Source: Spirochaetota bacterium
Lineage (GTDB): Bacteria; Spirochaetota; UBA6919; CBDBPB01
Assembly: GCA_965208615.1 (NCBI GenBank)
Contig: CBDBPB010000003.1
Coordinates: 98,188 to 162,187, forward strand
Reading direction: 5' to 3'
DNA: 64,000 nucleotides
Each line of letters starts with the position of its first letter. The stretch's first letter is position 1. The notes below the pieces were generated by a model. That model was given only the letters and a program-made list of their open reading frames with translations. It made no database searches and was not told where the DNA came from. Shown here piece by piece: positions 31,063 to 43,363 of the stretch. A program made the translations under genes and the position numbers.

Positions 31063-31641
31063 ATGAAGAAATGGATTATGTTAGGTATTGTCGCTTCATT
31101 AATTATAATACTTAATAGTAGTAGTTTTGGAGCTTTTCAATTTAAAGCTGGAGCAAAAGGGGGAGTAGGAGTAGGACTTTTTGTTCAAGCCAATGGACCA
31201 GATTCAAATCCTATATTTATTCCTGCAGGTGGGGGATTTATTGAGTTTGCCTTTAAGGGAGGTATAATTGGTATTGGTTTTGAAATAGGTTTTATGTATG
31301 AGGGTCGAGGTGGAGAGGCTTCGGATGATACAGAAAAACATAATTATTTTGCTTTGCCTTTGATGGTTAAGGTATATAGTCCTTTTATAGATTGGTTTTG
31401 GCTTGGAGTCGGTGTTAGCTATCAAAGGCTGCTAAATTCTAATTATCCTACTATTACTAAGAAAGATAATTTAGAGTTGCTTTTAGGAATAGGAGTTGAT
31501 ATTCCTATTACCAATAGAATTGGTTTTGTCGCTGAGGCAAGGGGATATATTGGGCTTATAAACTATTCTAGCGTTACTAATGTTAAGGTTATTACAGGTG
31601 GATTAGAATTTCTTGTTGGTATATCTGTTAGAATTTTTTAA
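31063..31641 (+). CDS. Outer-membrane beta-barrel protein, paralogue of 30256..30888
   Basis: Shared motifs GGxFxEF, YxGRG, LPxMxK, WxGVGxxYQRLL, LEL; terminal ISVRIF. Confidence 0.75.
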   Translation: MKKWIMLGIVASLIIILNSSSFGAFQFKAGAKGGVGVGLFVQANGPDSNPIFIPAGGGFIEFAFKGGIIGIGFEIGFMYEGRGGEASDDTEKHNYFALPLMVKVYSPFIDWFWLGVGVSYQRLLNSNYPTITKKDNLELLLGIGVDIPITNRIGFVAEARGYIGLINYSSVTNVKVITGGLEFLVGISVRIF

Positions 31642-31686
31642 GTAACAAAAAAAGTATAACTTATTTCTTTTTTAAGAAAAGACTAT

Positions 31687-32409
31687 TTATTTAGTATTAT
31701 CAAAAAGAGTGGAAATAGTTTTCTGAATCTCTAAAGCCTTATCTCGTGGATTTGGAGCAAGTTTAATAGGTCTACCAATAACAATATAATCAGCACCCTT
31801 ATTAAAAGCTTGCTCTACGGTAACAATACGTTTTTGATCGTCGATAGTTTTATTTTCTACAGGGCGAATACCTGGAGTAACAACTAGAAAACTATTTCCA
31901 AAATGCCCTCTAAGTTTTTCTGCCTCTAATCCGGATGATACAACGCCATCACAACCAAGTTTAAGAGCACGTTTTGTTCTGGATAAAACCAACTCTTCCA
32001 CATTACATTGAAAACCAAGGTCTAAAATATCCCCTTGATCAAGGCTGGTAAGAACGGTAACAGCTAATATTTTTAGATGATTTCCTTTTTCACTAACAGC
32101 CGCGGATAGTATTCCATCGTTGCCGTGAACCGTAGTAAAGGATACACCACTATCCTTAAGCTGGTGGACTGCCCTTTTAACAGTTTCTGGGACATCAAAA
32201 AACTTTAGGTCAGCAAAAACTTTTTTATTTTTATTAAGAAGCCAATCCACAAGGTCAAAGTATTTACCGGTCATAAATAGTTCAAGCCCAATTTTGTAAA
32301 AGCTTACAGAGTCATCAAGAATATCAACTAATTTTTTAGCCTCGTTTATGTTGGGGACATCTATAGCAAAAATAAGACGCTCATTACAGGGAATGTTTTT
32401 TTTATTCAT
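31687..32409 (-). CDS. pyrF: Orotidine-5'-phosphate decarboxylase
   Basis: FADLKFFDVPETV, AVTVLTS, TPGIRP, DDQKR, VIGRPI. Confidence 0.97.
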   Translation of the reverse strand: MNKKNIPCNERLIFAIDVPNINEAKKLVDILDDSVSFYKIGLELFMTGKYFDLVDWLLNKNKKVFADLKFFDVPETVKRAVHQLKDSGVSFTTVHGNDGILSAAVSEKGNHLKILAVTVLTSLDQGDILDLGFQCNVEELVLSRTKRALKLGCDGVVSSGLEAEKLRGHFGNSFLVVTPGIRPVENKTIDDQKRIVTVEQAFNKGADYIVIGRPIKLAPNPRDKALEIQKTISTLFDNTK

Positions 32410-32443
32410 ACTGATTTACCTCTAGTTAATAGAATACATATAG

Positions 32444-33163
32444 TTAAACTTTTTCGACAAGACTGAATTCATCAATATATTTTTTAAGAAGTTCTTTTGT
32501 ATAGTTAATTTCTTTATTAATGATTTCTTCTTCAATATCCATAGCGCCATACTTAAACATGGCTATTTTATCGTTTAACAAAATACATCGTTCTTCAACT
32601 TCTTCTAGATAATTCTTAATTTCTTTTTTTTCATCTTTCGGAATAGTTTTTTGTGCATTTTTGAATTCACTATTCAGTTGATATAAATTTGATAATAATT
32701 CATCATTAATTTTATTTTCTTTATAGCTCATGGATCTACTACTTTTCTTTATGCGGATAACAATAATAAAAGCTATAATAGCGATTATGGCTATAGCTAT
32801 CCAGTAGAATATCGAGGTTGTTTTAGACTTACGGATAATATCAACTGCCTTACTACCATTTTCAGCTTTTCTTAGATTAGTTATAAACTTGTCCTGATCG
32901 ACAAATCCAATATTGTTATCTAGTTCGTATGCTTTTGTGAAAGCTTTTTTTGCAAGAGTGAATTTATTTAGTTTTAAATAGCAAACGCCTAAGTAGTACC
33001 AGGTTTCTGGGGATTCATTTTGTTTTTCGATAAGCTCATTAAAATATTTTATTGCCAAGGTATAATTTTGCTGTATGAATGCTTCATATCCTTTTTCATA
33101 GTCTGAAAAAGCGTTATAGCTAAAAGTCAGAGTAATTAGGAATATGATAATTAGTTTTTTCAT
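32444..33163 (-). CDS. TPR-containing membrane protein
   Basis: Signal peptide, TPR (WYYLGVCY...AKKAFTKAYELD), one TM, coiled tail. Confidence 0.75.
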   Translation of the reverse strand: MKKLIIIFLITLTFSYNAFSDYEKGYEAFIQQNYTLAIKYFNELIEKQNESPETWYYLGVCYLKLNKFTLAKKAFTKAYELDNNIGFVDQDKFITNLRKAENGSKAVDIIRKSKTTSIFYWIAIAIIAIIAFIIVIRIKKSSRSMSYKENKINDELLSNLYQLNSEFKNAQKTIPKDEKKEIKNYLEEVEERCILLNDKIAMFKYGAMDIEEEIINKEINYTKELLKKYIDEFSLVEKV

Positions 33164-33398
33164 AATTTATTTTATATTTTAGAAAATGATAATTTTCACA
33201 AAATGACAAAATTTATCATTTTGATTTATTTTCATGTTATAGAGATAAAATCTATTTTTATTATAACTATTTTAATCAGGATAAGTTAGAGAATAAGCAC
33301 AAAGATATTATAAGTATAAATGTAGCAAAAAATATGATTTTATCAAGTTTAAAGAAATTTTTTATTAAATTTGCATCAAAAAAACATGAGGAATATTT

Positions 33399-34539
33399 AT
33401 GTTAAAAGATTTTTTAGTAGCTCCTGGCCCTACGGCCGTACCAAGTGATGTACTCTTAGAAATGGCAAAGCCGCTCTATCATCATAGAACGCCTCGTTTT
33501 AGTAATTTATTTGACGAGACAATAGGATTATTAAAATACTTGTACAAAACCGATAATGATGTATTTATTATAGCATCCAGTGGGACTGGGGCTATGGAGG
33601 CATCTGTAGTAAATACTCTTAGTCATGGTGATAAGGTAGTTGTTGTTAGAGGCGGGAAGTTCGGAGAAAGGTGGGGCGAGATTTGTGAAGCCTATGGAAT
33701 ATTACCTATATATCTAGATGTCGAATGGGGAAGGGATATAGCACCATCAAAAGTCGAGGAAATATTAAATAAAGATAAAAGTATAAAAGCCGTATTCACC
33801 CAATATTCAGAGACATCCACTGGAGTTATGTATGATATAAAAGGCATTTCCAAGGTTGTTAACAGCACAGATGCCCTTATGATAGTGGATGCCATTACTG
33901 GTTTAGGTGTATCTGAGTGTCTTACGGATGAGTGGGGTTTAGATATTGTTATTTGCGGTTCACAAAAGTCATTAATGCTTCCACCAGGACTTTCTTTTCT
34001 ATCGGTTTCTGACAAAGCCTGGAGAGCCAATGAAAAATCTAATTTACCTAAGTTTTATTTTAACCTTAAATCAGAAAAAAAAGCACAAAATAAAATGACT
34101 ACCGCATGGACTCCTGCAATCAGCCTTATTATTGGTCTTCAGAAGGCTCTTCTTATGATCAAACAAGAGGGATTGGAAAATGTTATTAGTCGTCATAGTC
34201 TTATGGCTAATGCTTGTAGGGCAGGGATTAAAGCTCTTAATTTAGAGCTTTTTGCTAAAACTCCTGCTAACTCGGTTACGGCTATTAAGGTGCCGGATGG
34301 AGTTGATGGTTTAAAAATCCCTAAGCTAATGCGGGATAAATATGGAGTGGCTATCGCTGGTGGACAGGGTCATTTAAAGGGTAAGATATTTAGAATTGGA
34401 CATCTTGGATATATTGATAAATCGGATATAGCAGTGGTTTTTCAGTCTCTGGAGTTTACACTTTATCAATTGGGATACTCATTTAAATGGGCTAACTCTC
34501 TACAAGCAGTTCAGGAAATACTTTATAAAGGATATGTAC

Positions 34540-34553
<14 letters not shown>
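33399..34553 (+). CDS. Class V aminotransferase (alanine-glyoxylate/serine-pyruvate family), possible phosphoserine aminotransferase role
   Basis: PGPT, SSGTGAMEA, SETSTG, VDAITG, GSQKSLMLPPG, FRIGHLG; overlaps the serA start. Confidence 0.9.
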
Positions 34554-36134
<1,581 letters not shown>

Positions 36135-36381
36135 AATCGCTTATGTTGAGAAAATAAAATATTGGCTGAAAACTTGATTTATAGTATCAGTCATGCGTAT
36201 GACGTTAATAATTATTTATTACTATACAAAACCATAATCTAACTTCTTAAGTTTATTATAATTTATATAATATAGCTAAGTTAGGCCTAAAGGGGGTTAA
36301 AACAATATATAATTAATACTATACTTACACTTTTATTTAATTAAATTTTTATATAGTCAAACTTATATAAAAGAGAGCCTT

Positions 36382-37788
36382 ATGAAAAGTGTAATCTTAC
36401 AGCTTATCCTCTTTGTATTGTTTATAAATCAACTGTACGGCAAAGAACTTAAGGCAATTATTGTCATTGCGGATAATTATAGAAATCCCATACACAACGG
36501 GATAGCAGGATCAGTAAAAAGAGATTGGTTAACAGTTAGATATTTTATAAAACAATTAACAAAATATAAAATCTTAAGGACTAGTAAACTAATAGTACTA
36601 AGGGGACAAAACGGATCATTAAATAATATAAAAAAAGTAATTAAAAACATTAAAACTAATAAAGATGATGTTTTAATGTTTTACTTTTCGGGCCATGGAG
36701 GACAATATAAAAAAAACCTCTTTTTGGCTCTAAGCGATGGCAGTCTATTATATAAACGTAAACTTGAAAAATTAATTAAAAAAAAGAAAGCCAAATTAAA
36801 AATTATAATAACTGATTCATGTAGCACATCAATAGCAGGCCTACCCGAAGAAAGAGCCTTACCACAAACAGATATGAGTATAAAAAATCTAAAACTTCTT
36901 TTCAACCAGTATAAAGGATTGTTATATATTACTGCCGCTTCTGAGGGAGAGTATGCATGGGGGAATGACAGCGAAGGGGGATGGTTTACCAGTAGTCTTT
37001 TTCAGAAAGTATTACTACAAAATACGCCAGACTCTTGGAAGACTGTTGCAAGACGTACAAGAAATATAACAGTAAAAAAGTTTAACTCTCGTATAACGGG
37101 TTATAGAAAAAATAAGCTAAAAGGTAGAGGAATAAGTGGACAACATCCAAAAGTATACTCTTTGCCAATTTTTATAAAGGATAAAAGTTTTAAATTAGTA
37201 AAAAAACTAAATGCTCCATATAGCGTTACTGCAACAGAGGGAGAGTATGAAAAAAAGGTTAAGATATTTTGGAGTAAGGTAAAAGGTGCAACAAGCTATA
37301 ATATATTTAGATGGTATAAGGGTATAAAAAAATGGAAATCTATTGGTAAATCTAGGGGTATTTTGTATGTTGATTACGATGTAAAACCTAATATAACTTA
37401 TTATTATATGGTTTTGGCCTATAATAATAAGACCTCTTCTCCTTATTCCCTGCATACTAAAGGATGGATAGGATCAAATACCCTTAAAAAACCAACCGGA
37501 TTAACTGTTTCTAAGGGTATATATTCAAAATACATAAAGCTGAAATGGGATAAGGTGCCTTATGCAAATAGCTATACTCTTTTTAAGTGGAATCCAAAAC
37601 TAAAAAAATGGAATACCTTTACTAATATACGTGTGAACTATTTTATAGATAAAAATGTTAAACAAAATAATAGGTATATATACGTTTTAGTAGCCAAAAA
37701 TCAAAGGGGGAATAGTCCATATTCTAGGTATGTTGCTGGATGGGTTAAAGGTGCTAAGAATAAAAGCGATAACGGTACTTTTTGGTAA
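36382..37788 (+). CDS. Secreted caspase-family (C14) peptidase with two FN3-like repeats
   Basis: Signal peptide, YFSGHGG and ITDSCS dyad, GGWFT; repeats AP.V.AT.G...W.KV.GA.SY...Y.V.AY. Confidence 0.85.
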   Translation: MKSVILQLILFVLFINQLYGKELKAIIVIADNYRNPIHNGIAGSVKRDWLTVRYFIKQLTKYKILRTSKLIVLRGQNGSLNNIKKVIKNIKTNKDDVLMFYFSGHGGQYKKNLFLALSDGSLLYKRKLEKLIKKKKAKLKIIITDSCSTSIAGLPEERALPQTDMSIKNLKLLFNQYKGLLYITAASEGEYAWGNDSEGGWFTSSLFQKVLLQNTPDSWKTVARRTRNITVKKFNSRITGYRKNKLKGRGISGQHPKVYSLPIFIKDKSFKLVKKLNAPYSVTATEGEYEKKVKIFWSKVKGATSYNIFRWYKGIKKWKSIGKSRGILYVDYDVKPNITYYYMVLAYNNKTSSPYSLHTKGWIGSNTLKKPTGLTVSKGIYSKYIKLKWDKVPYANSYTLFKWNPKLKKWNTFTNIRVNYFIDKNVKQNNRYIYVLVAKNQRGNSPYSRYVAGWVKGAKNKSDNGTFW

Positions 37789-37838
37789 TTATATAGCTAA
37801 AACTAAGTTAGTTTGTTTAATATCTTAAGGACAAAATA

Positions 37839-39530
37839 ATGAAAAAAAAACTAATCATAATCTGTATTATAATCCTTATATCGGATGTAGCTGTAGCAAA
37901 GCTAAAAAGCATACTTGTTATACTGGATGAGTATGAGAATCCGGGATTGAATTCAATTTCTACTGCGGTAAAGAAAGACTTTGCCAATATTAAATACTTT
38001 ATCAGACTACTTAAAAAAAGAAAAGTTATCAAAATAGCTAAACCAATAATCCTAAAAGGACCTTATGCGACTAAATCGAGATTAAAGAAAATTATCAAAA
38101 ATATAAAGCTAAATAAAAATGATGTATTACTAATATACTTTTCAGGACACGGTGGAATTGGTAAAAAAGGTAAATTATATTTGGCTATGTATGATGATAG
38201 TTATGTATATCGCCATGAATTAGAGCCAGCTATAAGGCGTAAAAAAGCAAGACTAAAAATAATTATAACAGATGCATGTAGTAACTCTATTGCTGGATTA
38301 CCCGGGGGGACTACTAGATCAATAAAGTTACGATCTGCATGGGGAACGAAAAACTTAAAAATACTATTCAACAAATACCGCGGACTATATTATATTACTG
38401 CCGCCTCTAAAGGAGAATTTGCTTATGGGGACTCCATTGTAGGAGGATGGTTTACGGAGTCTATTATACAGCAGGTTTTAATACAAAATCCACCAGCAAC
38501 GTGGGAAGAGGTATCAGAACAAACTCAAGAGAATACCCTTATCAAGTTTAAGGAGAGGCTACCTGGGAATAAAAGAACTATCCTAAAAAAAGAAGGTATT
38601 ACAGGACAGAATCCCATGACCTTTTCATATCCGTTATTGATAGAGCAAAATAACTCCTTAGAAGTTCAAAAATTATCCACTCCCAAGATATTAATGGTTA
38701 GTAAGGGCGATTATAAAAATAAGATATTAATATCATGGAAAAAAGTTAAAAATGCAGAAAAATATATAATATACAAGTATTATAAAAAAACAAAAAAATG
38801 GAAATATCTTACAAATACAGCCTCTAGAAGCTATTATGATAAAAATATTAGCCCTGATACAATATATGTATACACTGTTATTGCGTATAGGGATAAGACT
38901 AAGTCTGGTTATTCTAAATTCACAAAGGGATGGGCTGAGACAATCAAACTTATCGCACCTAAAAAGGTAGTGGTAAAAGTAAAAAAACATCCTAAGAGGG
39001 TTTATGTAAGATGGACTGCTGTAAGAGGTGCTGTGGGATATAATATTTGGCGATGGGATACAAAAAGTAAAAGTTGGCTCTTGATTAAAAAAACTAAACA
39101 AACTAACTATACCGATAAAAAAGTTAAATCAGGATTAGGATATGGTTATGTGATAGCGGCTTATAGCAATGTTAGACAAGGACCTTTTTCTAAAACTGCT
39201 CCTGCATGGATAGGTTTACGTACTCCAATGGGAGTTAGGGCATCACAGGGCGATTATGACTATATAAGGGTTAGTTGGAACAAGGTAAAAAATGCCAAAA
39301 GCTATTTACTTTACAAATGGAATAGTCAAACGAAAAAGTGGGACAAAATACAAAATATTAGCAATAATTTTTTCATTGATAAAAAGGTTAATCCGGGTAA
39401 AAAGTATGTATATACCATAACTGCCTTTGGTAAAGGTGTATGGAGTCCATTATCTAAGTATACCACAGGGTGGAGCAGGGGTAAAGTAGATGGTTGGGAT
39501 AAAGAAAAAAGTAATAAAAGTTGGGATTAA
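37839..39530 (+). CDS. Secreted caspase-family (C14) peptidase with three FN3-like repeats
   Basis: Signal peptide, YFSGHGG, ITDACS, GGWFT; paralogue of the upstream gene. Confidence 0.85.
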   Translation: MKKKLIIICIIILISDVAVAKLKSILVILDEYENPGLNSISTAVKKDFANIKYFIRLLKKRKVIKIAKPIILKGPYATKSRLKKIIKNIKLNKNDVLLIYFSGHGGIGKKGKLYLAMYDDSYVYRHELEPAIRRKKARLKIIITDACSNSIAGLPGGTTRSIKLRSAWGTKNLKILFNKYRGLYYITAASKGEFAYGDSIVGGWFTESIIQQVLIQNPPATWEEVSEQTQENTLIKFKERLPGNKRTILKKEGITGQNPMTFSYPLLIEQNNSLEVQKLSTPKILMVSKGDYKNKILISWKKVKNAEKYIIYKYYKKTKKWKYLTNTASRSYYDKNISPDTIYVYTVIAYRDKTKSGYSKFTKGWAETIKLIAPKKVVVKVKKHPKRVYVRWTAVRGAVGYNIWRWDTKSKSWLLIKKTKQTNYTDKKVKSGLGYGYVIAAYSNVRQGPFSKTAPAWIGLRTPMGVRASQGDYDYIRVSWNKVKNAKSYLLYKWNSQTKKWDKIQNISNNFFIDKKVNPGKKYVYTITAFGKGVWSPLSKYTTGWSRGKVDGWDKEKSNKSWD

Positions 39531-39581
39531 CATACTAATATACTGTAATACTTTTAACAAAAGCTAAAGCGAGAATCTATT

Positions 39582-40487
39582 ATGATAATATCAAAATTAT
39601 ATTTTAAAAAAATTATACTAACTTTTATTAGTCTATTTATATACAGTTCTCTATTTGGCTTATCCAAACAGCAAACTGATAAGTTGTTATTTTATAATAA
39701 AGTTCTACTTGTCATTAGTAAGGCTAGATCAGAAAGTTATGCAAAAAAGGTTATATTGGATCCAAGAGTGAAAATCAACACAAAGTTGATATTATTAAAC
39801 ATTGATCAGCCTAATATCAAAAATTATATGAGGAATTCCCTTAGCAAAAGGGCTGTAGATAAAGGACTTAGATTTTTAAGAAAATATAAACATAAGTTTA
39901 ACGAGGTCGAAAAAAGATATTCGGTTGATAAAGAAATAATCCTTGCAATACTATACATAGAAACTAACTTTAACCTAAAAAAAGCCAACTATAACGTATT
40001 TAATGCATATTTAAATCTTTCATTTGCTGATCACCCATACTACCTTGATAAAGGGCTTAAGTTAATAGGCAAGAAATATAAGCATTTATCCAATAGGAAG
40101 TTAAAGGTAAAAAAGGAAAGGTTTATAAGAGTATCAAAAAATAAATCTAAATGGGCATTAAATGAGTTAAAAATTCTTATCGAAGTCTCTAAAAAACTAA
40201 AAAAACCTATTCTTAATATAAAGGGATCATTTGCTGGTGCTATGGGTTATCCGCAATTCATACCCTCATCCTATATGAGATATGCTGTGGATGGTAATGG
40301 TGATAAGTTTATTGATCTTTTTAATATTTATGATGCCATTGAATCAGTGGCAAACTATTTGCAATCTGTTGGTTATAGGCAAAAAGACCTTAAAAGTAAA
40401 AAATTAGCTATCTATGACTATAACCATAACACGAACTATGTTAACTTTGTACTTGAGTATGCAAAGATAGTCAAAAGGATTAAATAG
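39582..40487 (+). CDS. Lytic murein transglycosylase (MltB/SLT_2 family)
   Basis: ILYIETNF, GSFAGAMGYPQFIPSSY, DGNGD, SVANYL, YNH. Confidence 0.92.
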   Translation: MIISKLYFKKIILTFISLFIYSSLFGLSKQQTDKLLFYNKVLLVISKARSESYAKKVILDPRVKINTKLILLNIDQPNIKNYMRNSLSKRAVDKGLRFLRKYKHKFNEVEKRYSVDKEIILAILYIETNFNLKKANYNVFNAYLNLSFADHPYYLDKGLKLIGKKYKHLSNRKLKVKKERFIRVSKNKSKWALNELKILIEVSKKLKKPILNIKGSFAGAMGYPQFIPSSYMRYAVDGNGDKFIDLFNIYDAIESVANYLQSVGYRQKDLKSKKLAIYDYNHNTNYVNFVLEYAKIVKRIK

Positions 40488-40499
40488 TTGTCTAGCTGG

Positions 40500-42206
40500 C
40501 TATCTTAGAAAGATATTTCTGTGTTTTGCCAAATGAAGAGGAGTTTTTGAATGAGGAGTTTTATATACAAAATGATAACGTGCCACATGATAGCTTGGAT
40601 CAAAACCGTAAAAGTTTAATTTCATTTGTTCCATTTCTTCTTTTCTATATTCCTCAAGGGGTTTTATGCTTTCATCTTTAGCACGTCTATCAGCCTTATC
40701 CTTAATTTTATTTTTCCAATTGGGATCATTAGCTAGTTCGCTTGCTAACTCTTCAACGCTACTACAAAAGGAATTAATATTACCAGAAAAGCTTTTATCA
40801 ATTAGTCCAAGTTTAATAGCTTGCTTAGCCCCTATAGGCAGGCGTTTTGTTAGTATGTTTTTTGCTTTTTTCATACTCACTCTTTTAACCAGTTGATATG
40901 TCCAATACTCTGAACCGTAAAGATTACCTATATTCTTATAATGGGGATTTAAAATTATATCAGACCTTGCCCATACATAATCACTGGCTAATGCTAAAAA
41001 CACTCCTCCAGCGGCAGTATTACCCTGTAATGCAGAAATAGTAATATGACTTTTTGTTAAAATAATTTCTTTTGCTAAGTCATTTATGGCATTAATATTA
41101 TTGTATGACTCATCAGCAGGGCTATCACTGGCCTCAATAACGTTAAGATTAATTCCGTTAGACCAAAAATCCATCCCCCCCATAAGAACAATAACTTTAG
41201 TGTCTCTTTGCTTTATAAGCCTGTATACCTCTAAGAGACGTCTACACTGATTTGTAGTCATTGCTCCGTTATAAAAGTTAAAATGAAGATAAGCAACGTT
41301 AGATTTTTCCTCGTAAACAATTTCTCTAAAACCGCTATAAGGCTGATCCAAACTAAAAGATTCAACTAAAGGAATATTATTAAGCTTATCCCCCAATACC
41401 ATGGATGCAGGTAGCTTAAAAGTTCTCTCATTCTTAATCTTAGGACGTAAATGACTAATCCACACTCCCCCGTCAACAGTGGCAATGCAAATAGCACCAA
41501 AACTCTTAGCAATAACCCTACCAGCCTTGTCATTAATAGAGTAGTCCTCAAAAGCGTTATACAAATAACAGCTAACACCCATAATATTATCCAAAAGACC
41601 AGGAAAACCATCAGCAGATCGTATTTTACGTATAATATCCTTAGTAGAGTCTTTAAGCCAATTAATCTTTCTGTGAGCCTGTTTCATAGCAGGTTTAAAA
41701 CTACCTCTAACATTAGGATTACTATAATCGAGAGGCTCTGGAGTAAAACATTTACTTTCATACCTTTTAACAGCCTCCAAAACGCTGTCTACAGCGGTAT
41801 TAGTAAACTCATTTCTATATATACTGCTTTTGGATGCCTTTCTCATAAGGAATTCTTTGCTAGACCATATATCACCAGCATCCATTTCGTTATTAGCCTG
41901 TAATACAGTAACTCCCCATGTATTTTCAGAGTTAAGTATGGCCCAGTCTAGCGAAGAAATACCTCTATCACCCTTGATACCAGGATGTACTATAAAACAA
42001 GTATAATTTTTCCATATAACTTTTGGTATGGCACGTTTTAGATAGGGTGCAACTATAAGATCGGGCTTAAAAAGCTCAACGGCCTCTATGGTAACAGAAT
42101 CGTTAATGTCAAACTCAATGGATATATTATGTCCTATTGAGGATAGCTCAACAAACAGTCTTTGAGTAAAACTATTAAAACTATGGGTTAAAAAGAGTAT
42201 TTTCAT
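40500..42206 (-). CDS. hypX: Hydrogenase maturation factor HypX (formyltransferase + crotonase domains)
   Basis: HPGIKGDRGISSLDWAI, FYNGAM, FWSNGI, GNLYGSEYWTY, DPSYHVARYHFV. Confidence 0.95.
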   Translation of the reverse strand: MKILFLTHSFNSFTQRLFVELSSIGHNISIEFDINDSVTIEAVELFKPDLIVAPYLKRAIPKVIWKNYTCFIVHPGIKGDRGISSLDWAILNSENTWGVTVLQANNEMDAGDIWSSKEFLMRKASKSSIYRNEFTNTAVDSVLEAVKRYESKCFTPEPLDYSNPNVRGSFKPAMKQAHRKINWLKDSTKDIIRKIRSADGFPGLLDNIMGVSCYLYNAFEDYSINDKAGRVIAKSFGAICIATVDGGVWISHLRPKIKNERTFKLPASMVLGDKLNNIPLVESFSLDQPYSGFREIVYEEKSNVAYLHFNFYNGAMTTNQCRRLLEVYRLIKQRDTKVIVLMGGMDFWSNGINLNVIEASDSPADESYNNINAINDLAKEIILTKSHITISALQGNTAAGGVFLALASDYVWARSDIILNPHYKNIGNLYGSEYWTYQLVKRVSMKKAKNILTKRLPIGAKQAIKLGLIDKSFSGNINSFCSSVEELASELANDPNWKNKIKDKADRRAKDESIKPLEEYRKEEMEQMKLNFYGFDPSYHVARYHFVYKTPHSKTPLHLAKHRNIFLR

Positions 42207-42236
42207 TTATTTTATGTTTAACTGTCTATTAAAAGG

Positions 42237-43355
42237 CTAAGCAACCCTATTATAAATATAATATGCGGCACAAGTACCCTCGTTGGATACCATACAAGAG
42301 CCAATAGGATTCTCTGGCGTACATACACTAGCAAATAGCTTACAATCAGTAGGTTTTTTTATACCCCGTAAAACTGCACTACAGTCACATCCTTTATGTT
42401 CAGGAGAAAATATTTCTTTCATATTAAAGCGGTATTCGGCATCAAAATTAATATACTGCTTTTTAATTCGCAAAGCACTATAGGGAACATTACCCAGACC
42501 ACGCCATTCAAAGAGCTTTCTAAGCTCAAATATATTAGCGACCATTTCTTTAGCTTTTTGATTTCCATATTTCGTAACCCCACGGATATATTGATTTTCT
42601 ACCTCATACCTATTTTCATTAACCTGTTTAACCAGCATAAAAATGGATTGCATAATATCCATCAGTTCAAAACCAGTAATTACAACAGGTTTTTGATATT
42701 CCTCTGCAAAAAACTCATAAGGCTGAGTACCAATAATAGTACTAACGTGTCCAGGGCCAATAAAGCCGTCCAAAGGTATGGTACCCAGCTTTCTGACCTC
42801 TGGCGACTCAAGTATACTTTGTACGGCAGACGGTGTAAGTACATGGTTACAAAATATAGTAAAGTTATTTATATTATTAGAGTGAGCGTGGTTAATAGCC
42901 ATGGCACTATGGGGAGTTGTTGTTTCAAAGCCAATAGCAAAAAATACAATTTCTTTTTTAGGATTCTCTATTGCAATGTTAATAGCTTCAAGACAAGAAT
43001 ATACCATTCTGATGTCAGCACCTTCTGCTCTAGCCGTTAAAAGACTCTTCTTATTAGATCCAGGTACTCTAAGCATATCTCCATAAGTACAAAGAATTAT
43101 ATTTTTACGTTTTACCAAGTTAATAGCCATATCCAAGCGTCCAATAGGTAAAACGCATACAGGACATCCAGGACCGTGAATCATCCTAATTTGTTTGGGG
43201 ATTATCTCTTCAATGCCGTACTTAAAAATAGTATGCGTATGTCCACCACAAAACTCCATAAAATGATAATTTTTGTCAATTTCAACTATACTTTTTATTT
43301 TATCGGCAAGGGCTAATGCCATCTTACCATCACGATATTCATCCAAATGCTTCAT
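42237..43355 (-). CDS. hypD: Hydrogenase formation protein HypD
   Basis: MEFCGGHTH, GPGCPVCV, GFETT, PGHVS, GSCMVSNEGTC. Confidence 0.97.
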   Translation of the reverse strand: MKHLDEYRDGKMALALADKIKSIVEIDKNYHFMEFCGGHTHTIFKYGIEEIIPKQIRMIHGPGCPVCVLPIGRLDMAINLVKRKNIILCTYGDMLRVPGSNKKSLLTARAEGADIRMVYSCLEAINIAIENPKKEIVFFAIGFETTTPHSAMAINHAHSNNINNFTIFCNHVLTPSAVQSILESPEVRKLGTIPLDGFIGPGHVSTIIGTQPYEFFAEEYQKPVVITGFELMDIMQSIFMLVKQVNENRYEVENQYIRGVTKYGNQKAKEMVANIFELRKLFEWRGLGNVPYSALRIKKQYINFDAEYRFNMKEIFSPEHKGCDCSAVLRGIKKPTDCKLFASVCTPENPIGSCMVSNEGTCAAYYIYNRVA

Positions 43356-43363
43356 AAATACCT

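Noticed and set aside
33183-33221. Fur-like inverted repeat AAAATGATAA...TTATCATTTT between the TPR gene and the aminotransferase
   Set aside because: The spacing does not fit a Fur box, and AT-rich DNA produces such matches by chance.
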